Below, in pieces: positions 57,238 through 64,000 of a stretch of DNA of 64,000 nt. This DNA is from a virus. The stretch is from the IMG/VR virus record IMGVR_UViG_3300040811_000687. The stretch is one strand, 5' to 3'. The notes beneath the pieces were generated by a model. It had not been told where the DNA came from. It did not search any database and was given only the letters and a program-made list of their open reading frames with translations. Position numbers and translations under genes: made by a program. How positions within the stretch are numbered: position 1 is the first letter of the stretch; every line of letters starts with the position of its first letter.

Positions 57238-60200
57238 ATGCCAAGTCCAACAGACTTTAATCTTTCACCTTACTACGATGACTTTAATGAAACAAAGAAG
57301 TTTCATAGAGTTCTTTTTAGACCTGCTTTTGCAGTACAAGGTAGAGAGTTAACACAATCACAATCTATTCTACAAAATCAGATTGAGAGATTATCAGATC
57401 ACGTCTTTGAACAAGGCGCTATGGTTATACCTGGCGATATCAGTTATGACTTAAATTACTATGCAGTAAAATTAACTTCGTTTACAGACTCAGCTGGTGT
57501 AGGTGTTACATTAAACGATTTTATTGGTTTAACATTAACAGGCGCTTCTTCAGGTGTAAAAGCAAGAGTTGTTAATGTTGTAGCAACAGATGGTACTGAC
57601 CCCAATACTTTATTTGTAAAATATTTAAATTCAGGTACTAATAATACATCAACTGCTTTTTCAGCAGAAACAATTTCAGTAAATACTACTTTACAATCTA
57701 CATCAACAACAGTTTCAGCAGTAGTATCTTCTACAGCAACAGGTAGTGCAGCTTCAGTTAAAGAAGGTGTTTACTATATAAATGGTTATCATGTTAAGGT
57801 AAGTGATCAAAATTTAATACTAGACAAGTATACAAACACACCATCTTACAGAGTAGGTTTAACAGTAACAGAAAGTTTCGTAACTCAAAACGATGACGTA
57901 ACTTTAAATGATAATGCTCAAGGAGTTTCAAACACAAATGCTCCAGGTGCTCATAGATTTAAAATAGATTTAACATTAACTAAAAAATCATTAGCTGCTA
58001 CAGATGACGCAAACTTTGTAGAGTTGCTAAGATTAAAAAATGGTATTATTCAAAACCAAGTTAGAACAACTGAATATGCAGTATTAGAAGATACTTTAGC
58101 AAGAAGAACATTTGATGAATCTGGTGATTATGTAGTAAAAGACTTTGATATAGATTTAAGAGAACATTTAATTTCAGGTACTAATAGAGGTATCTACACT
58201 TCAAGCGATGGTGGATCAGAAAGTAAAATTGCTGCTGGTATGGAATCAGGTAAAGCATATGTAAAAGGTTATGAAATAGAAACTTTAGGTACTACTTTTG
58301 TTGATGTAAATAAAGCAAGATCATTTGATACACAAAATAATTCTACTACTAGATTTGATGTAGGTAACTTTGTAAATGTAAATAATGTTTACGGTTCTCC
58401 AGACATAGGATTTGTATCATCTGGACCTGTTGCAGCTTTTAAAGAAGTAAATTTATATAAAGAAAAAACAGCTGTAAGAGGAACAGAAAATGCAGGATCA
58501 GGTTCAAATATAAAATCAGTAGGTCATGCTAAATCTAAAGGATTTCAATATGTTTCAGGTAATGCTGTTAGTGGTGCTTATTCTAGTTCAAGTGCAACAG
58601 AAAATGTATTCAGACATTATCTATTTGATGTTGTTATGTTTACTCATATCAACGTTGCAAAAAATCAGGCATTTACAAATGGAGAAGAAATTACAGGTGG
58701 TACTTCAGGTGCCAAAGGTACTGTTGATCAATTATCAACAAGCAATCAATATTCAATTACAGGTGCAACAGCGGCTAATCCTGTAGTTATTACTGCTACA
58801 AACACTTTACAAGACGGTCAACAAGTGACAATCAACAGTGTTGGTGGTATGACAGAATTAAATGGTAACACTTATACAGTTAAAAATCCAACTAGTTCAA
58901 ATTTTGAATTAGATGTGGATGGTTCTTCTTTTACCACGTATACAAGTGGTGGTACAGCAGATCAATCAGTTGTAGTATTATATAATGTATCAGGAACATT
59001 TGTACCAGGAGAAACTATAACAGGTGGTATTTCATCTAACACTGCTACTATTCAAGCAGACGCTAGAGGCTTTAAAGGTGTCACTTCATATGATTTCTCA
59101 TCTACAAAACAAATTGGTATGCCAGGTACTCCTACATACACAGCAGATACAATTTTAGATAGTACAAACGGAGAAAGTTTACAAATTACAGGTACATTAT
59201 CTATTGCAAACAGTAGTACAACTGTTACAGGTTTCGGTACTAAATTTAATACAGAATTAAGATTAGGTGATTCAATTACATTTACTACAGACGCAGGTTC
59301 TTCAATAACAAAAATTATTGAGGCAATTGTTTCAGATACTTCTTTAGAATTATCATCAGCTGTTGGTGGTTCAGACGTATCAACTAAATCAAATGCAACT
59401 AGAAATAGATCAACACTTAAAGATACAAATAAAAATATTTCTATATTTAAGTTACCATATGAAACAGTTAAAACATTAAAAACAGCTTCAAACTCTGGTG
59501 CTAGTGATACAAGTTTTAAAGTTAGAAGACAATTTGTAAAAACATTAACTGGAAACGGTGACGAAACTATTTCAGCAGGAACAGACGAGACATTTGCTTC
59601 TTTATTAGATTCAGATTTTTCAGTTTCAATTATGTCAACTGGTTCTGGTGGATCAGGTGCAGTAGGAGATTTTTTATCTTTACAAGGAAACAACCACGAA
59701 GGAAACCCTATATTTACATTAAGTGGTTCTCCAACAGGAAAATCTTTAGTATTAGACTTTGGTGCTAATTATGCAGGACATAAAATTAAAATTTTAGCAA
59801 CAGTTAATAGAGCTGTTGTAGAAGAAAAATCAAAAGTTTTAGTACAAAATGCAACGAGAGCCCACACTTCATTAGCAGATATTAAAAAACAAGGTGGTAT
59901 GAGATTAGGCAAAAGTGATATTTACAAATTAAATTCTGTTAAAATGGCAACTTCTTTTGGTACTTATTCATCTTCAGGAGAAATTGATATTACAGATAGA
60001 TTTACTTTAGACAATGGACAAAGAGATAACTTCTATGATATAGGTAGAATAACTTTAAATAAAGGCGCAGTAGACCCAACAGGTTCTATTCAAATTGACT
60101 TTGATTATTTTTCTCATGGTTCAGGAGATGTTTTCACTGTTGATAGTTATTCAGGAGTTGTTGACTATGCAGATATTCCTTCTCATACTTCGGATACGAC

Positions 60201-63200
60201 AGGTGAAGTTTATGAATTAAGAGATTGTTTAGATTTTAGACCTAGAGTTGATGATAACTCTACAATCAATAAAGGAGAAGTTGACAGATATTATAACGGT
60301 GCTGGTGCTTCAACAGTTGATGTTGTTAAATTTGGTACTGATATAACTTCAGATTTAGAATACTATTTGCCAAGAATAGACAAGGTGTTTGTAGATAAAG
60401 ATGGTAAATTTAAAATATCTGAAGGATCAAGTGCATTAGTACCTCAATCTCCAAAAAATTTAGATGGTGCAATGCATTTATACACATTAGATATACCAGC
60501 ATACACACTTGACACAGCAGATATTACAATTACAAAAGTTGATAACAAACGTTACACTATGAGAGATATTGGTAGATTAGAAAATAGAATTGAAAACATT
60601 GAATACTATACTCAACTTTCTTTATTGGAAATGCAAGCTCAAAACTTGCAAACACAAGACGCTCAAGGATTTGACAGATTTAAAAATGGCTTTATAGTAG
60701 ACAATTTTACAGGACATAGTATAGGTGATGTAAGAAATTTAGACTACAAAGTATCAATGGATATGGCAAGAGGTGAAGTTAGACCTATGTTTAATGAGGA
60801 TGCCGTACAATTGATTGAAAGTGATAATGACGGAACTACGATTACTTCGGCTGATAGAACGGATGCCAAGTATGCAAAAACAGGAGATTTAATTACATTA
60901 CCTTATAGTGAGGCAACTTTAATTGATCAACCATTTGCTAGTAAATTTGTTAACGTAAACCCATTTGATATTTTTAGTTGGACTGGTTCTATTGCGTTAA
61001 CACCTCCGTCAGACGAATGGAAAGAAACAGAAAGAGCACCTGAATTAGTTGTTAATAGAACAGGTGGCTTTGACACGTTAGTACAAAATTTAGGAAATCC
61101 TAATCTTTCAAGTGTAGAGATAGGTACTATATGGAATGAATGGCAAGAACATTGGTCAGGAACACCAACAGTAACAAGTTCAAGAGTTTTAGGACAACAT
61201 AGAGTGGGTAGAAGAATTGTACAAAGAACACAAGAAACTTTATCTGGTCAAATGTCTAACACTAGAACAGGTATTAGAACAAGAATAGTACCACAAGTAA
61301 TAAGAAATTCAATAGGCGACAGAGTTGTTAGTGTTGGTATTGTTCCTTTTTTAAGAAGTAGAACATTAACATTTAGTGCTACAAGAATGAAACCTGAAAC
61401 AAGAGTTTATCCTTTCTTTGATAATATTGATATATCAAGCTATATTACACCAACAGGTGGTTCATTAGGTGGAAATTTAGTTACAGATATTAACGGTGCT
61501 GTATCAGGTACTTTTGCAATTCCTGACTCAAAAAATAATTCTAATCCTAGATGGAGAACAGGTACAAGAGTATTCAGATTAACTTCTTCATCAACAAATG
61601 TATTAAGTACAGCAGTTGAAACTTCAGGAGAAGCAGACTACTTAGCCAAAGGTGCTTTAGAAACAATACAAGAAACAATTATTTCTACAAGAGAGCCTTT
61701 GACATTAAGAGAAAGTACAGTTGAATCAGTTAGTTTAGGAAATAGAACAAGTACAAGAAATGTAGATACTACAATAGGTTGGACAGATCCATTAGCACAA
61801 ACATTTATGATAGATGATATTGGTGGTGTATTCTTAACTTCAATGGACTTATTCTTTAGTTCAAAAGATGACAATATTCCAGTAACAATACAAATTAGAG
61901 AAGTAGTAAATGGTTATCCAGGAAAAAGAATAGTTCCTTTTTCTGAAAAAACTTTAAATCCAAGTGCAGTGTCAACAAGTACAGACGCAACAACGGCTAC
62001 TACATTTACTTTTGATTCACCAATTTACTTACAAGAAAAAACAGAATATTGTTTTGTTGTGTTGTCTAACTGTAATGCTTACAACTGTTATGTTGGAAGA
62101 TTGGGTGAAAAGGTAATAGGATCAGATAGAACAATTTCTCAACAACCATATGCTGGTGTTATGTTTAAATCACAAAACGGTTCTACATGGACAGCTGAAC
62201 AAAACGAAGATATTAAATTTAAAATTAAAAGAGCAGAATTTGAAAATGTTACAGGTACAGTTACTTTATGTAATGATGATTTACCTGTTAGAACATTAAA
62301 AAATAATGCATTAAGAACAACAAACAGTTCAGGTGTAATTAGAGTTTCGCATCCCAACCACGGTATGCATGGTACATCAAACAATGTCACAATTGCTGGA
62401 GTTCCATCAGGTACCTACAATGGTATTGCTCATAATCTTATTAATGGAACATATACAAGTATTTCTAACGTAACTTTAGATAGTTATGATATAACTACTA
62501 CAGGAACGGCAAATGCTACTGGAGATATAGGTGGTGACGTTATAACAGCAACCCAGAATAGATTGTATGATGTACTAAACTTAAATCTACAAACAGTAAA
62601 TGTTCCAGGTACAAATATCTCTTATGATATGAGACCTACTACAGGTAGATCAATACATGGCACAGAAACAGAATTTAGTTTAACGTCAGCTGATAGTCCA
62701 GTTGCTACAATTTCAAATGACAATATTTACTTTACAGCTCCTCAAATGGTCGCTAGTACAATCAATGAAACAAATAAGATGGCAGGTAGTAAATCTTTAT
62801 TTGTTAACTTAACATTTACAACTACAAATACTAAACTTTCTCCTGTATTAGATATGCAAAGAGTTAGTGCATATGTAGTTCAAAACAGAATTAATAAAGC
62901 AACTACAAGTAATACACCTAATTATATTTCAGATATAGAAAGTTCAGGAACATCATCAGCGGCTGCTTATATAACTAAACCGGTTGTACTAGAAAACTTA
63001 TCAACTGCTTTAGATGTTAGATTAACACAAAATGTAAGATCAACTTCAAATGTTAAATTATATTTCAGATTATCATCTTCGGAAGAATCTAGAAATATTT
63101 CAGACATAGGCTGGACACCGTTCAACACAGCTGGAGAAGAAGACATAACTGTCACACCAGCAGAAAATGATGAAACGTATAACGAATACAAATATAGTGC

Positions 63201-63312
63201 AAGTGGCTTAACAGAATTTAATACTTTTCAAATTAAAATAGTTATGGAAGGAACAAACTCTGCTTATCCACCTATAATAAGAGATTTAAGAGGTATTGCA
63301 TTGGCAGTATAA
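57238..63312 (+). CDS. Large virion structural protein (VrlC/DUF4815-like)
   Basis: PYYDDF, VQGRELTQ, APGAHR, ARRTFDESG, KRYTMRDIG, DPLAQTF. Confidence 0.85.
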   Translation: MPSPTDFNLSPYYDDFNETKKFHRVLFRPAFAVQGRELTQSQSILQNQIERLSDHVFEQGAMVIPGDISYDLNYYAVKLTSFTDSAGVGVTLNDFIGLTLTGASSGVKARVVNVVATDGTDPNTLFVKYLNSGTNNTSTAFSAETISVNTTLQSTSTTVSAVVSSTATGSAASVKEGVYYINGYHVKVSDQNLILDKYTNTPSYRVGLTVTESFVTQNDDVTLNDNAQGVSNTNAPGAHRFKIDLTLTKKSLAATDDANFVELLRLKNGIIQNQVRTTEYAVLEDTLARRTFDESGDYVVKDFDIDLREHLISGTNRGIYTSSDGGSESKIAAGMESGKAYVKGYEIETLGTTFVDVNKARSFDTQNNSTTRFDVGNFVNVNNVYGSPDIGFVSSGPVAAFKEVNLYKEKTAVRGTENAGSGSNIKSVGHAKSKGFQYVSGNAVSGAYSSSSATENVFRHYLFDVVMFTHINVAKNQAFTNGEEITGGTSGAKGTVDQLSTSNQYSITGATAANPVVITATNTLQDGQQVTINSVGGMTELNGNTYTVKNPTSSNFELDVDGSSFTTYTSGGTADQSVVVLYNVSGTFVPGETITGGISSNTATIQADARGFKGVTSYDFSSTKQIGMPGTPTYTADTILDSTNGESLQITGTLSIANSSTTVTGFGTKFNTELRLGDSITFTTDAGSSITKIIEAIVSDTSLELSSAVGGSDVSTKSNATRNRSTLKDTNKNISIFKLPYETVKTLKTASNSGASDTSFKVRRQFVKTLTGNGDETISAGTDETFASLLDSDFSVSIMSTGSGGSGAVGDFLSLQGNNHEGNPIFTLSGSPTGKSLVLDFGANYAGHKIKILATVNRAVVEEKSKVLVQNATRAHTSLADIKKQGGMRLGKSDIYKLNSVKMATSFGTYSSSGEIDITDRFTLDNGQRDNFYDIGRITLNKGAVDPTGSIQIDFDYFSHGSGDVFTVDSYSGVVDYADIPSHTSDTTGEVYELRDCLDFRPRVDDNSTINKGEVDRYYNGAGASTVDVVKFGTDITSDLEYYLPRIDKVFVDKDGKFKISEGSSALVPQSPKNLDGAMHLYTLDIPAYTLDTADITITKVDNKRYTMRDIGRLENRIENIEYYTQLSLLEMQAQNLQTQDAQGFDRFKNGFIVDNFTGHSIGDVRNLDYKVSMDMARGEVRPMFNEDAVQLIESDNDGTTITSADRTDAKYAKTGDLITLPYSEATLIDQPFASKFVNVNPFDIFSWTGSIALTPPSDEWKETERAPELVVNRTGGFDTLVQNLGNPNLSSVEIGTIWNEWQEHWSGTPTVTSSRVLGQHRVGRRIVQRTQETLSGQMSNTRTGIRTRIVPQVIRNSIGDRVVSVGIVPFLRSRTLTFSATRMKPETRVYPFFDNIDISSYITPTGGSLGGNLVTDINGAVSGTFAIPDSKNNSNPRWRTGTRVFRLTSSSTNVLSTAVETSGEADYLAKGALETIQETIISTREPLTLRESTVESVSLGNRTSTRNVDTTIGWTDPLAQTFMIDDIGGVFLTSMDLFFSSKDDNIPVTIQIREVVNGYPGKRIVPFSEKTLNPSAVSTSTDATTATTFTFDSPIYLQEKTEYCFVVLSNCNAYNCYVGRLGEKVIGSDRTISQQPYAGVMFKSQNGSTWTAEQNEDIKFKIKRAEFENVTGTVTLCNDDLPVRTLKNNALRTTNSSGVIRVSHPNHGMHGTSNNVTIAGVPSGTYNGIAHNLINGTYTSISNVTLDSYDITTTGTANATGDIGGDVITATQNRLYDVLNLNLQTVNVPGTNISYDMRPTTGRSIHGTETEFSLTSADSPVATISNDNIYFTAPQMVASTINETNKMAGSKSLFVNLTFTTTNTKLSPVLDMQRVSAYVVQNRINKATTSNTPNYISDIESSGTSSAAAYITKPVVLENLSTALDVRLTQNVRSTSNVKLYFRLSSSEESRNISDIGWTPFNTAGEEDITVTPAENDETYNEYKYSASGLTEFNTFQIKIVMEGTNSAYPPIIRDLRGIALAV

Positions 63313-63316
63313 AAAT

Positions 63317-63538
63317 ATGGCAGTTAAAACATTAAAAGTTGAAGGATTTGAAAGTTTAGTAAGAGACGTAAACACTAGTGCTATAATTAATACTAACAGA
63401 GCAGACTATAACAACTATATGAAAAGAGTTAAGACTAGAGAAAATAATAGTGATATGGTAAGAGGTCTTTGTAAAGAGATAAATACTTTAAAGAAAGAAT
63501 TATTTGAAATAAAAAAATTGATAAAGGATAAAAAATAA
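63317..63538 (+). CDS. Conserved small protein after the VrlC-like gene
   Basis: KVEG..LVRD..AIIN. Confidence 0.75.
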   Translation: MAVKTLKVEGFESLVRDVNTSAIINTNRADYNNYMKRVKTRENNSDMVRGLCKEINTLKKELFEIKKLIKDKK

Positions 63539-64000
63539 TGGCTGTAAAAAATATATCAACTACTGATACACTAGAAACATTTAGAACGACATTTAACGAT
63601 TTAGCGGCTAATGATTTTGGTGACGCAGCTTTATTAGCACCCGCTGGTATTTCAGCAACCTCTGTTGTTGGTGCAGTAGTTGAGTTATCTTCTCAAATAG
63701 GTTCTGGAGAAGGACACTACATAAGAGACGCAAGTTCAACAGTTCAGTTGATTGCTCCAGGTAATACTATATCTTTTTTAGGTACAAGTAATCAAATAAC
63801 TGCTACAGTTTCAAGTCCAGATACAGTGACGTTAGCTTTTCCAACTAACGTGACGGTTACTAACTTAACAGTTAGTGGTACATTGAACGGACAATCAATT
63901 ACTTTTCCAAGTGCAACAGGAGAAATTATAACAACTGGATCAACTGATTTAGTTAGTGAAAGTATGATGGCTAATGACGCAATTAGTTCAACTGAATTGA
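63538..64000 (+). CDS. Structural/fibre protein, 3'-truncated by the window edge
   Basis: MAVKNISTTDTLETFRTTFN...; frame open to the end of the window. Confidence 0.75.
   Translation, partial: MAVKNISTTDTLETFRTTFNDLAANDFGDAALLAPAGISATSVVGAVVELSSQIGSGEGHYIRDASSTVQLIAPGNTISFLGTSNQITATVSSPDTVTLAFPTNVTVTNLTVSGTLNGQSITFPSATGEIITTGSTDLVSESMMANDAISSTEL

Noticed and set aside
793-63191. Many minus-strand and nested ORFs in the track (e.g. 793..1092, 23737..24114, 37027..37770, 59052..59693, 5713..6078)
   Set aside because: Shadows of well-supported plus-strand genes, with no SD, promoter or recognisable motifs
1-64000. tRNA, rRNA, CRISPR array, integrase or att sites
   Set aside because: None recognised by eye; tRNAscan-SE or ARAGORN would be needed to exclude tRNAs formally

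Overview
A 64 kb segment of an AT-rich, T4-like myovirus genome. Gene content and order most resemble marine pelagimyophages (HTVC008M-like); an alphaproteobacterial or SAR11 host is inferred, not shown. Left to right: a curlin-repeat gene and a CHASE2-type class III adenylate cyclase; primase, nrdAB and a RuvC-like resolvase; a methyl/glycosyltransferase island; sigma70-driven early genes and lipoproteins; RNase H, glucosaminidase, DenV-like glycosylase, ferredoxin, SufE, peptidase M15 and an exonuclease; gp33/gp59/gp32; then the tail and baseplate module (gp2, gp54, gp26/51, gp4, gp48, gp53, gp27-like, gp5, PAAR, gp25, gp6, gp7-like, gp8, VrlC-like), interrupted after gp5 by an Fe-S/radical-SAM island. 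No tRNA, rRNA, CRISPR array or integrase was seen. The most notable signals outside the ORF track are: (1) three alphaproteobacterial LexA-type boxes upstream of early sigma70 promoters; (2) a -1 frameshift signal that would fuse gp26 to gp51; (3) pervasive leaderless promoter-ATG architecture; (4) a GGCC-dense zone with structured non-coding RNA candidates around gp5; (5) a 21-bp direct repeat bracketing the FkbM gene; (6) a possible UGA readthrough of the endolysin. All protein family calls come from recognising motifs by eye; no database searches were run.
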